DNA of 64,000 nucleotides from Flaccisagitta enflata (Eukaryota): contig OZ231126.1 in assembly GCA_965153355.1 (NCBI GenBank), positions 42,718,001-42,782,000 on the forward strand, in the 5' to 3' direction. Both the position numbers and the translations under genes were made by a program. The notes below the pieces were generated by a model, which was given only the letters and a program-made list of their open reading frames with translations, was not told the origin of the DNA and searched no databases. Shown piece by piece: positions 39,615 to 53,153 of this stretch. Each line of letters begins with the position of its first letter. The stretch's first letter is position 1.

Positions 39615-41168
39615 TCAGAATGCAGAATTGATGATAGCTGCTGCAACACTTTTTGCGACAAGTTCTTGATGCTTAAAATCCACGTGAATTCCATCCTTCC
39701 AGTACAGATGTTCTTCTCTGACAAATGATTCAGAAAATCTCACTCCATGGCGCTCGCAGACAACTTCTGTGTAGCAGTTAAACATGAATGAGTCAAAATG
39801 AGCAGGAAAACGTGTCGGAGGACAGGCAAGAAAAACGATGTTACTTTTGTCGGTTTCCCGTTGTAGTTTTGTGATTATTTCTTCTTGTAAACCTCTGATA
39901 GTAGGGAGAGACTGATTGTACCGGATGTTGTTTGTCAAAGTGGCAATCACGACGATTGCATCAGTGTGGTCGTTATTCTTCATCTTATCAAGAGTCCCTT
40001 GTAGTGTGTAGGATCTCACAAAGTTTAGGTCATACTTCTCGGTTCCATCTGGTAGTTGTTCTTTGATCTTTAATCGTAGTCCGCGGTGACGTGTTTGATA
40101 GTTACTGTCACCATAGATGAAGACTCTTTTTGCTTTGTATTTGGGGAGAGAAAAACCTGCTTCAGGCGGCGGCAATTGGGCTGGTTGATGAGAAGATGGT
40201 TTAGTATGAGATTGATCAGAGAAAGGCTGTTGAGGTGGAGGAGGAGAACGAGGTTGAGAGGGTAGTTGAGAGGGTAGAGGGTGATGGGGAGTGGTGAAAC
40301 GTTGTGAGGGAGGGTGATGAAGGGGAGCATGATGAGAGGAAGCTTGTTGGGAAGAAGCTTGATGAGAGGAAGCCCCATGAGACGAGGGGTGAGTAGGGGC
40401 TTTATGAGATGAATGCATCTTGATCAATTTTGGGGAAACTGAAGGCTGAGAGTGAGAAATTGGGGCGTTCCACACATTGTGGGAGGGACTGGCCGCAGCT
40501 TTTGGTTGAGTCTTTGGTTTGACAGCAATTGGCGAATCAGTTTTGATGTAAGGAGATTCCTTGTGCTCATTTGAGTTGTACTTAGGATTGACAGCAATGT
40601 TCAATTGAGTCGCCTTTTTTGGCTGTCCCACAGTTTGCCACCCATAAGGTGGGAGTGGTGGAGGAGGAGGAACGAATTGAGGAGGAGGAGGAGGAGGAGG
40701 AGGAAGAGGAGTGGAGGGGTTGATGACATCTTTGGGCAAAGGAATTGTAGGAGCCGAGACTGGAGGAGCTTTTAGCTGAGAGTTTGATGAGGATGACAGT
40801 TTTGGCTCACTAGTGTCCGATGAGGAAGAGGGGTCTTCAGAGCATAGAATGTTGATGTCACTTTCCAATTTTTGAACTAATGAGAAAAGACTTTGAATGT
40901 GACGATTTTGTAGTTCCAATTGTTCTTTGAATTGTGCCTGTTCTTTTTCTCGTAATTTTAAAGCTGACTCGAGATTCTCAGACAGTTCAGCATTCTTTTT
41001 GATTAATTGAGCCTGGGACTTTTCAAATTGGGCTTGAGAATTTTCAAGTTCACGGACTTTATCTCTAAGTTTCTCTTGTTCACATCCAAGGTAGTAAGGG
41101 TCTTTGAGTCGCACATCCATGCTGGGGAAGATAAGATGGCGATCGTCTTTTTCTGTTTTTCCTCCCAT
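39615..41168 (-). CDS. Helentron-borne ORF1: coiled coil, Pro/Ser/His-rich linker, SGNH/GDSL hydrolase domain
   Basis: Heptad-rich N-terminus; VFIYGDSN (block I Ser), IATLTNN (block III-like), KDGIH (DxxH). Likely ATG at 41168, after a polypyrimidine-AG; open frame extends to 41273. Confidence 0.8.
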   Translation of the reverse strand: MGGKTEKDDRHLIFPSMDVRLKDPYYLGCEQEKLRDKVRELENSQAQFEKSQAQLIKKNAELSENLESALKLREKEQAQFKEQLELQNRHIQSLFSLVQKLESDINILCSEDPSSSSDTSEPKLSSSSNSQLKAPPVSAPTIPLPKDVINPSTPLPPPPPPPPQFVPPPPPLPPYGWQTVGQPKKATQLNIAVNPKYNSNEHKESPYIKTDSPIAVKPKTQPKAAASPSHNVWNAPISHSQPSVSPKLIKMHSSHKAPTHPSSHGASSHQASSQQASSHHAPLHHPPSQRFTTPHHPLPSQLPSQPRSPPPPQQPFSDQSHTKPSSHQPAQLPPPEAGFSLPKYKAKRVFIYGDSNYQTRHRGLRLKIKEQLPDGTEKYDLNFVRSYTLQGTLDKMKNNDHTDAIVVIATLTNNIRYNQSLPTIRGLQEEIITKLQRETDKSNIVFLACPPTRFPAHFDSFMFNCYTEVVCERHGVRFSESFVREEHLYWKDGIHVDFKHQELVAKSVAAAIINSAF

Positions 41169-41597
41169 TTTAAAGCTTGATCTCATTAAAATGAGACAGC
41201 AATAAAAGAAAGAAATTTTATCAAGATTGTATGAGTAGTTTTTTACATTTTCGTAGATATTGATGGGGTACACAGTTAAAGAAGAAAGTTTAGTTCAGGG
41301 AGAATTATGATAGAATATTGGAGATGTATTAGAATATTGGAGAAGATTTTTTTTAATTTTTGAAGAGTTGAATAGAAATGTTGGAGAGATGTGATAAGCA
41401 TGTTGGAATTGTGGTGAATGAACGAAAATCAGAGTGCTCTTCCATATAAGCTGAGACGGAGCCAGTTCAAGCCAGTTACAGCCAGTTACAGCAGGTTCAT
41501 GCCAAAGAGCAAAAAACATGCGGAAAAATTGACCACTGCTTTTCACACCTGCCACATGGAATCTCGATCAGAGAGATGGGGTGGAAGGGGGGGGTAA

Positions 41598-42310
<713 letters not shown>

Positions 42311-42849
42311 AAATTCTTCCATTGGCAGTAGAGACAGAGTCAGCTCGAGCCAGTTACAGCCAGTTTAAGCTAGATTATAATAAAGTGCTAAAAATAGACA
42401 AAGACAAACTTGACCGCTTCTTTTAAACTGGTCATTTTGAGAGGTGAAAGAGTTTGCGCACCTCCCAGCTGCAAAATATCCAAAATCGACTGGGGGGGGG
42501 AGAGAAAAGAGAGAAAGTAGTCATGCCTCCAATCGATCATTTTCAGGAAAAATGGAATGTTTTTTGATCATGCCGCCCCTCGCCAAAAGAAACTCACCAT
42601 GGCAACAATTTCAGATGAAATACAAGTGGAAGGGGGGGGGGCGGAGAAACTGAGCAAGATTGTTTTACTCAGGGCAAACGAATGCATGGACCATCATTAC
42701 CAGCCAATTTCAGGAAAAACGTTATTCCTTTGACAATGCCGCCATCACAACAATGCCACCATCACAACAATTTTCAGATGAAAAAGAAATGGTGGAAAAG
42801 AGGGGGCGGGAATTATTTCACTCACAGCTAGTTATCATCAAAATAAATG

Positions 42850-42941
<92 letters not shown>

Positions 42942-43184
42942 ACAGACAGACAGACATACAGAAAGTCCGTCCGTGTATATGCAATTTCTATTTCCGTCTT
43001 TCTGTCTTTTATTTTCTGAAAGTACCGATGCACGCGACTTAGGTCTAATGACCTTGTTTATACGCGTGGTGCAGTCCTTGACCATAGCATGTTAGGTTTT
43101 GATTTTAGCATGTTAGTTGTTGCGTTAGTTGTTGCGTTAGTTGTAAATTGATACAAAAATATGTTTCATTGCACATGTACATAC

Positions 43185-43390
43185 ATGTCGATTTCCAGAT
43201 AATCGAGAATAGACAAGTTTTTGACACTCTCCGCAGCAAATACCCAGAGGATGAGGCCGTTCAGCAAAAAGCCCAGTACCGTTACCAAGCATTGCAGAGG
43301 TACCACCAAATATGGGATACATCCCTGCCGTATGAAATCGGATGGAATGCTGTCCTGATCCTGATCAATGGAATCGGTAGATAGATTCAT
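43185..43390 (-). CDS. 7TM gene exon 1 (N-terminus, TM1, ICL1)
   Basis: MNLSTD...LVVPLQCLVTVLGFLLNGLILWVF (N-glycosylation sequon, TM1 GxxxN); donor GAC AT|GTATGT is phase 2. An upstream in-frame ATG at 43516 would add poly-Asn. Confidence 0.8.
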
Positions 43391-43394
43391 GACG

Positions 43395-43432
<38 letters not shown>

Positions 43433-43458
43433 GCTGTTGTTGTTGCTGTTGCTGTTGC

Positions 43459-43504
<46 letters not shown>

Positions 43505-44569
43505 GACAACTGGCATGCGATCATTTCAGGACAGCTCGAACGATAAATTTGCGATAGAATCAAGAATGACTTCCTTTTATAGATGACACTCCAGCTCCAG
43601 TACAAAAGAACGGAAAAAATAGTGGAGCAATTTTCGTCTCTACACTTCAATCAGCTTTTAATGCAATGTAAGTACGTCATCCAATTTGTCTATCGGCCTC
43701 ATTCGCTCTCAGGCCTCACAAAAGTCCTCATGGCCTTTCAAGCCTCAGACTCTTGAAGGCCTTCAATCAGCCCTCTATAGAATCTCATCAGATTTTTCAG
43801 GCAGGACGAACGAAAGTCTGCCTGTGTTCTACAGGACTTCGTTCCCTTTGGGATCGCTGCCCTGCTTCCCCTCACAATCATGCAAAGCAGGGCAACGGGT
43901 ATCGCTGACCACAGATTGCCCTTGGGTGACCTTTTACTTATATTGTGTGCCTGTCTGGTTTTCCATCCCCGATTAATAACTTTCATCAACCAACGAGTTT
44001 TAGTCGCCTACTATGCGACTCTTTATGCCCCTTTTTGGTCGGTCGATCGATCCTTCGGTCGGCTGGTTCGTCAGTCTGTCGCTTTCACATCAATACCACT
44101 GCCAAAAAACCTGAATGGCTACCTACATCAAAGCCCCTGCCCACCCGCACGTGACCAAGTCTAAGGTTGCCGTGTATCCGGCATTACGCCTTGCACTGTT
44201 ACCTAAACTTCGGCGTTCTCAATGCACTAATCGATACAGTACGTTTGGAGCAATGGGGCCAGTACAAAGTGGATCTCTATAAATAACACTGTTTGATTAA
44301 AGAACCCCAGGATTGGTCTTGCTGAAAGCTGATGGTTCAATTCAGTTCTCACAGCAAGTGATATAAAGCAAAACTAACAATACATTTCCTCTTATTGCTT
44401 GTGGCGCAATAGCTTTTTCTCTCTACTCAGAGTCAGACTGACAGGTTTGAATCCAAAAGGGGTATTGGACTTCTTTCTTTTTGGTCAACAGTTAGAGCTA
44501 GAGCTATCAAACTATATTCATTCAAAGCTGTGGTCCATCAACTTAAAGAAAAAAACATGATTCGAGCTA

Positions 44570-45096
44570 CAGTAGATGTCGTCTAGACTTGGAAATCTGG
44601 GGGAATTCATTACAGAAAGACAAATAAAGTTAAAAGAGTGACATTTGGAATATAAACTAATAAAAGGATGCTTTATTGCCCATGGGTGTTGGTTGCCATG
44701 GAAACATTTCCATGTATTTACGCTAAAGTATCAATTTTTGAGAAATTTTTGAGAGGATTGTTAAAATAATTTGCTTGCTTTCCACAGTATGTTCTGTAAG
44801 AATATCGCTGGTTTAGCGTTGCTGGGGACGTCACAGGGCTGTTACACATGAAGCTCTCAGCAACAAGCAATATTCTTACAGAACATCTGTGGAAAGACAA
44901 TAATAAATATTACACAAACAATGTTTCTAAAAATATGATACTTTGTGTATATGAAAATGTGTTTCCATAGCAACCAACACCCATGGGCAACAAAGCATAC
45001 TTTTATTAGTCTATATTCCAAATAACAGTCTCTTAAGTAAATTTGTCTTCCTGTAATGAATTCCCCCGTATTTCCAAGTCTAGACGACATCTACTG
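44570..45096. mobile_element. Foldback MITE with TA TSD
   Basis: TA|CAGTAGATGTCGTCTAGACTTGGAAAT ... ATTTCCAAGTCTAGACGACATCTACTG|TA; shares internal motifs with 8376-8977. Confidence 0.88.
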
Positions 45097-45532
45097 TACC
45101 TCATCAAAATTGTACTCAGCACTATATTTTCTAGTCTAGAATTTCAGTTTTAACTGTTGCAATCTGATATAGTGGCACAGTTGAATCCCGCTCTAACGGA
45201 TTTCAGGGGACCAACAAATTCTATCTGTTATAGCTAACATTAAAGATAAAGTAAAACTGGTTGAAGCAACTAAAAATTAGCATCTGTTTTAGGTGGAATT
45301 TCGTTAAAAGCGGGTCCGTTAGATCGGTAGTCTTAGAGCGGTAGTCTTAGATAACAGTGTTTTTGTGTGTACTGAGACCACCTCAAAGCGAATAAAATAT
45401 TTTAGCTGCTAAAAATCAATAAGTCAAAAAGATTATTAAAGCAAATCGAAAATCCAGGTGTGCCTAAAAAGGAAAGATGAGTCCCAATCGACTTCCCAAC
45501 CTCATCCTACCCTCTGACGTCACCAGTAGTTT

Positions 45533-45697
45533 TTAGTCGCGTGCACGCGACTCTACAACCCGCTTTGTCCGTCGGTCGGTCGGTTGGTCGGTTGGTCGGT
45601 TTGTCGGTCGGTCACACTTTACTTTTTTTTATGATTTTATTTTTTCGACCTCACTGCTCCTGCCCAAACGACTTCGGTAGCCGTGTATCCGGCCTTG
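45533..45697 (+). mobile_element. HINE copy
   Basis: TTAGTCGCGTGCACGCGACT ... GCCGTGTATCCGGCCTTG. Confidence 0.85.
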
Positions 45698-45856
45698 TTT
45701 TTTTCATATCCATTTTTGCATGTTGGAGGTTCACTGAATCAGGTATTTGGCACGTCCGTGCGCAAAAAATGCCTTTGCTTGACACTGTAAGAGAGGTTTT
45801 TATTCTTTCTGCGCAAAAAAATTATAATCATTTGTTATCTGACATTCGTTTCTCCC

Positions 45857-46697
<841 letters not shown>

Positions 46698-46947
46698 TGG
46701 CATAACTGTTATCGTAAAAAAAACACTCAAGTGATTCCATTAGCAAAGGTTTCCAGACAAAAACACAATAACGCGAAAAAAAACTCTGTGACGAAAACGT
46801 CAAATGACGTCAGTCTGGACTCATTCAATTTTGTTCGTTTTTCTCCACAGCTGGCGTCTTTTCCTGAAATTCCATTAAAAATGGCGAAAGTTGAAAGAGG
46901 AAAATCTGCTTGAGAGGCCCGAAGCGTTTGGCTTAAATTTTCTTATA

Positions 46948-47709
46948 CACTTTTTTTTTCTAATAACAACCAAGTTTATGAGAACGTTAGGCTTAAAATC
47001 CTCAAAAAATTAAGAACATGCTAAGAATATTGGGAGACTTTTTTTCATCTAGAATTTAAGAACATAAGCTTAACAAGGCCGGATACACGGCCACCAGTTG
47101 CGGACGGGTGGGCAGGGGCAGAAATGCTCGTTTTCACACTTTTTGACTCGTGGTCACGGACCGACCGACGGACGGACTGACGGACGGACGGACAAAGGCT
47201 CTTATAGAGTTGCGTGTCCGCAACTAAAAATTGCAAAAATTTAAGCACATTCTTATCATATTGGAAAGCTTCATTTTTAGTCGCGTCAGTTGGTCCGTCA
47301 CGTTTTACTTTTTTAATGATTTTATTTTTTTGACCTCACTGCTTCTGCGCAAATGGTCCAGTGACCTCAAATATGGCCCCTGCCCATCCGCACGCGACTT
47401 CGTTAGCTTTGTATCCAGCCTTATTTTATTGAAAATTATATACCTAGATTTTATTTTGTAAATTTTTATTTTTACAGCACATCTCATTCTATTTTCATTG
47501 TTCTTGACATTCACTAGAAATATCTAAACCTGCTGCTTTTTTGGGTCACCAACATTTTCCTTCATTTTCTCCTTGAAAACAAACTCAAACCAATTAAGAA
47601 CGTTTTTAATTGAGGGTTAAAAACTGCGTTTGAATTAAGAACAATCTGTCCAAAATTTAAGAACATTGAAGGCTTGCCCAAAAAGTGACGTTCTTACATA
47701 AAAAAAGTG
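46948..47709. mobile_element. TA-flanked CACTTTTTT-family MITE carrying two HINE insertions (47074-47227 and ~47277-47425)
   Basis: TA|CACTTTTTTTTT ... AAAAAAAGTG|TA with internal CAAGGCCGGATACACGG...CGCAACTAA. Confidence 0.65.
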
Positions 47710-48119
47710 TAGATAAAGAATTTTTTCAGTTGCTTGCAGAACGAGTCTATAAAAGGGTGTATCCGTAAGTCTGTCCGTAGGTTCGTCCATAGGTCCGTCC
47801 GTAGCTAAAGGTCGGAGGATTGGTCAGGGCCCTGACTCAGGGGCGAATTTTTGGAAGATGTAAAATCGGCTGAATGACAGATTCCTGCCCATCCTCATTA
47901 CTCCGCCTGCTTACTAGCTGAATTGCCCATGTTCCCTGACACAATGCTTTCGCTGGCCCTGCTTACCCGCAAGCAACTACCTGGTGGTGGAGTATACGGC
48001 CTTGGTAATTAATGACTCATAAGAAAACATCATTGAAAACAATCGGGATCATCAAATTGTCATATGAGTGATATGACTATGCGCTCTCGCTCTCGCTCTC
48101 GCTCTCGCTCTCGCTCTCG

Positions 48120-48182
<63 letters not shown>

Positions 48183-49195
48183 CTTGTACCTCTTCTACTC
48201 CTGTTATTGATCGTCTTCTTTCTCCACGCTTTTGTGGCTGCAAGGGTAGACTAGCGGTGATGAATTTGAGTTGCACAATCTGAAAACATGCGCCACTCTT
48301 GGAAGACGAAGTGTCCACGTCCCGGATGGTTTCCAACGTCGGCTCACTGGGGTGGTTGATTCTCCGGACCAATATCTGGTTGGTCCGTACGGAAAGCGTT
48401 CCGTGTTGATCTTGCTTATCTCTTGGTAGTATCTCTTGTGAATGGTCCGATAATTTGTTTTTAGTCACGTGCTACGCGGCTCTACACCCCGATTTGTCGG
48501 TCCGTCCGTCCGTCACACTTTACTTTTTTTTTGCGGCTTTTGGCCTCACTGCTTCTGCCCAAATCATCTGGTAACCTCAATTACGGCCCCTGCCCACCCG
48601 CACGCGACTGGGATAGCCGTGTATCTGGCCTTGTTTTTTTTTCTCTTGGGGTTTCATTTATTCATTCATTCATTCATTCATTCATTCATTCATTCATTCA
48701 TTCATTCATTCATTCATTCATTCATTCATTCACTCATTCATTCAGCTCTTGGTTATCTCTTGGCGTTATCTATTGTGGATGGTCCGATAATTAGGTTGTG
48801 TTTTTTGGTCGTTGTCGTGGGGGTTCATTTATTTGTTCATTCATTCATTAATTGATTGATTGATTGATTGATTCATTCATTCGTGAACTCATTCATTCAT
48901 CATTCATTCATTCATTCATTCTTTCAATAATTCATTCATTCATTCATTCATTCATTCATTCATTCATTCATTCATTCATTCATTCATTCATTCATTCATT
49001 CATTTATTCATTCTTTCATTAATTCATTCATTCTTACATTCCTTCATTAATTCATTCATTCTTACATTCCTTCATTCATTTATTCAAACATGCATTTCTC
49101 CAGTGGAGAATCTCTACATCTGAAATTGTCTATGTTCACCCTTCACACGGTGTTTTTTTTTATTTTTTTGCCCTTTAATCTTCGTGTTTTTTCTA

Positions 49196-51750
49196 CGGAA
49201 GAATTGGAGGCAGTGATCACGACCTCATTACGTTCAAAATGAGAGTGGCGGCGGGAAAAGAGGAGGAACGCATGATCAGGGACTTTGGACGGGCCAACTT
49301 TGTGGAAATGCGGAGAGGGATGGCCAATGTGGATTGGCAGCGAGAGTTAAGCGGTAAAGACGCAAACGAAATGTGGAATTCCATAAAAGGGTCGGTTTGT
49401 AAGTTGATGAAGGAGCATATTCCGATGAAAAAAAGGAGGTCAAACAAGAACCCACCATGGATGGACGCGGACATTAAGCGATGTCTGAAAGAAAAGAAAG
49501 AAGCGTGGAAGAGGTGGAAGGAGACGAAGAAGGAGAAGGATAGAGCGGACTATCGAAAGAAAGTCACTGAAGCAAAAAAGAAGATAAAAAAAAAAGAAGA
49601 ATTCCCATGAGAAAAAAATCGCAGAATGTCGAAAGTCCAATCCCAAGATGTTTTACGCCTTTGTCAATAGGGCAAAGAAAACTCGAAGTAAAATTGGGCC
49701 TTTGATGGACAAAAGAAAAAAAGTCATAACCGACGCGAAGCAGCAAGCAACTTTGTTGAACGAACAGTATGCATCAGTGTTTACTCGTGACGAAGGGGAA
49801 TCGCCTACGATCGAGTCAACGGCAAATGGGACGGAGATTGTCGACGTGGAGATAGAGAAGGAAACAATAATGCGGACGATTGACAATTTGAAGGAGCATT
49901 CAGCGGCGGGACCCGACGGTATTCCACCAAGAGTTTTGAAGGAAATTCGCAACGAAATTGCAGAACCGCTAAAGATCCTCTTTAGAGAATCAATGGACAC
50001 TGGCAAAATCCCCGATGACTGGAGGGACGCAGAGGTGACACCTATCTACAACAAGGCCGGATACACGGCTGGCCAAGTCGCGTGCGGGTGGGCAGGGGCA
50101 GTGATGAAATAGACCAATTAAGCAGTTGGGCAGGAGCTGTTACCCCAAAACCGCCCGTAAACGTCGAAAAAGCAAAGTGTCACCGACCGACCGACCGACC
50201 GACCAACCGACAGACGGACAGAGTGGGTTGTAGAGTCGCGTGCACGCGACTAAAAAGGGGAAAAAATCAGAGCCAAGCAATTACAGGCCGGTGAGTTTGA
50301 CTGATGTTACCGGTAAAATGATGGAAAGGATCGTGAAGGAAGCAATAACAAAATACGTGGAAGACAATCATCTAATCTCGGACAACCAGCACGGCTTTAG
50401 AGCGGGTCGGTCGGTTATGACAAATCTAGTGGAGTTCAATAACCAGACGACGAAGTGGATTGACGAAGGGAAGCCCTATGATGTGCTTTATCTGGATTTC
50501 TCAAAAGCTTTCGACAAAGTAAGCCACAAACGGCTTATGATAAAGTTGGAAGCGTTCGGGATCAAAGGCAAGCTGCTTGAGTGGTTACGCGATTGGCTGA
50601 GAGGGCGACGTCAACGGGTGAAGGTGGAGGACGCATTCTCAGAATGGATTGATGTCATCAGTAGCGTGGTCCAGGGTTCTGTGCTCGGCGGAACTCTTTT
50701 TGACATTTTCATCAATGACATATGCAAGATAGTGAAAGAAGTTCTAATCCTTCTCTTCGCTGATGACACAAAAGTGGCGAAAATTGTCCAGAATGAAGAC
50801 GACGCCAAGCGGATGCAGGAGACAATAAATAGGCTGGAAGAATGGTCTATTACGTGGGGAATGACGTTCAACGCGGAAAAATGCAAAATCATGCATTTTG
50901 GCCACAATAATAAAAAATTTTGCTACTTCATGGGTGGACAACAAATAGGAGACTCGAAAGAAGAAAAGGACCTTGGAGTATGGATGGAAAGTTCCATGAA
51001 ACCAGGGAAACAATGTGCAGTGGCAGCGAGAGCTGCAAATTTCACTCTGGGGCAAATTCAGCGGTCCTTTCACTTTCGAAGCAAAAAAAACTTGGTACCG
51101 TTGTACAAGTCATTCGTCAGACCGAAGCTGGAGTTTTCGGTGCAAGCATGGAGCCCTTGGCAGGAAGGGGACAAAAAAACTCTCGAAAAGGTGCAAGAGA
51201 GATTTGTACGGTTGCTCTCGGACGTCCATGGCGGAACGTATGAGGAAAAATTAAAGAGAGCCGGATTAACGATGTTAGAAGAGAGAAGGGAGCGCGGGGA
51301 CGCCATCGAGGCATTTAAAACCTTGAACGGTTTTAATCACGTCAATAAAGACGATTGGTTCTTTATTGAGGAAGAGGGGACAAGACCGACACGGCGGAAC
51401 ACGACAATCGAGGACGGGAGCGAGACTAGGAGAATAAACGTTTTGAAAGAGGAGTATGCACGACTCGAAGTCAGACGCAACTTTTACAATGTCAGAGCCG
51501 CAAAAACATGGAACAAAATTCCAGACAAAGTTCGACAACAGAAATCGGTAAACGCGTTTAAATCGGCGTATTACAGGTGGAAGACACAAAACCCCAACGA
51601 AAGTGATGCTTAGCCGCATACATCACGGTGGAACTGAAAGAGAAAGGACGACGGCTTTCTCACGCCTCAACCTAACTTTAAGAGGTCCCCGCCATGCGGA
51701 CGTCATGTCTGCCTAGGGGCACTATCTTCTCATCTCATCTCATCTCATCT
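49196..51750 (+). mobile_element. 5'-truncated CR1-clade LINE (end of APE, RT, 3' microsatellite tail)
   Basis: GGSDH (APE end), NYRPVSLT, YLDFSKAFDKV, VVQGSVLG, LFADDTK, RRERGDAIEAFK; (CATCT)n tail at 51729-51750; frameshift in A10 at 49586-49595 and a HINE insertion. Confidence 0.92.
50052..50253 (-). mobile_element. HINE copy inserted in LINE ORF2
   Basis: CAAGGCCGGATACACGGC...GTGCACGCGACTAA; removal restores VTPIYKKGKKSEPSNYRP in frame. Confidence 0.93.
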
Positions 51751-52330
51751 TACGTTTTGAAACAAAAAACCGTTAAGCGAGTAGCGTTGAGCGATTAGCG
51801 TTAAAATCCATTCCGACGACAAACGTCACATCGAATTTCCAATAGTTATCTCTCGCTCTTCAAGCTTTTCCATTCCTTCATTGAGTTTGAAAAAAAAAAT
51901 AGGTTTGATTAATTAACGGAAATAGAGGCCACGCAGGCCATGCACACACGGACACGAGTACGCTCACTTTGACTGGCTCTTGCTCCTCAACGGTTAAACT
52001 GTTAAAGATACAACCGTTATGGGATTGATCAAGAATGAAAGGAAATTTTGAAAATCTTCAAAATGATTTTGTTGGTTATGAATGTCTGAAGAACTTCTTT
52101 TAGCCTGTTTCATCAATAAATGCAAAGATGCGTCTTTTGTTTGTATCCGCATAGCTGTAAAGATAGTGAAATGGTCAAATGGGACGGAAAGAACAGTCAC
52201 TAAAGCAGATGGATTGCAGTGGAGACGGTTTTAAGTGGAAACATTCACTGAAGGGCAGTAGAGGATAGAGGGGGGTGGAGAATTTTGCGGCGGTGGTCTA
52301 GTTGAAGTGGAAACACTCACTGAAAGGTAA

Positions 52331-52804
52331 TGGTGGTGGTGATGGTGGTGGTGGTGGTGGTGGTGGTGGTGGTGGTGGTGGTGGTGGTGGTGGTGGTGGT
52401 GGTGGTGGTGGTGGTGGTGGTGGTGGTGGTGGTGGTGGTGGTGGTGGTGGTGGTGGTGGTGGTGGTGGTGGTAGTGGTGGTGGTGGTGGTGGTGGTGGTG
52501 GTGGTGGTGGTGGTGGTGGTGGTGGTGGTGGTGGTGGTGGTGGTGGTGGTGGTGGTGATGGTGGTGTTGGTGATGGTGGTGTTGGTGGTGGTGGTGGCGG
52601 TGGTGGTGGTGGCGGTGGTGGTGGTTAGAGGGGGGGAATGGCAAATTGGGGTGGAGAATTTTGAAGTGGAAACACTCACTGAAAGGTGGTGGTGGTGGTG
52701 ATGGCGGTGGTGGTGGTGGTGGTGGTGGTGGTGGTGGTGGTGGTGATGGTGGTGGTGGTGGTGGTGGTGGTGGTGGTGGTGGTGGTGGTGGTGGTGGTGG
52801 TGGC
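52331..52804. repeat. (GGT)n arrays separated by a repeated GAAGTGGAAACACTCACTGAAAGG spacer
   Basis: Spacer at ~52234 (variant), ~52304 and ~52663. Confidence 0.9.
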
Positions 52805-53113
52805 AATGGATCAAAAGTAACCAAAATTTGGCAGTGGGAGTGGTGGGTTTCGGTAGTGGTGCATAATTTACTGGAAGGTGGTGGAGAAAATGGTAGGTAG
52901 TAGTGGGGGTTGAAAGACTTACAAAATGTTACTGGTAAAGGTTATGGGTGGCAGCGGTGGTGGAAGAAAAAACTTACTAGAGGGCGGCGGAGGCGTTGAA
53001 GCCGACAGCTGCGAAGAAGTTGTGGCGTCGAAAGACAAAAAAGCGAGAAGAGCTTTTAATTACTTTTCTACTCTTCTTGCTGCCAGTCTGAAAGAATGAA
53101 CGATGATGGCTCT

Positions 53114-53153
<40 letters not shown>

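Noticed and set aside
52231-52900. Poly-Gly/Pro/His ORFs
   Set aside because: (GGT)n microsatellite; no splice or domain support.
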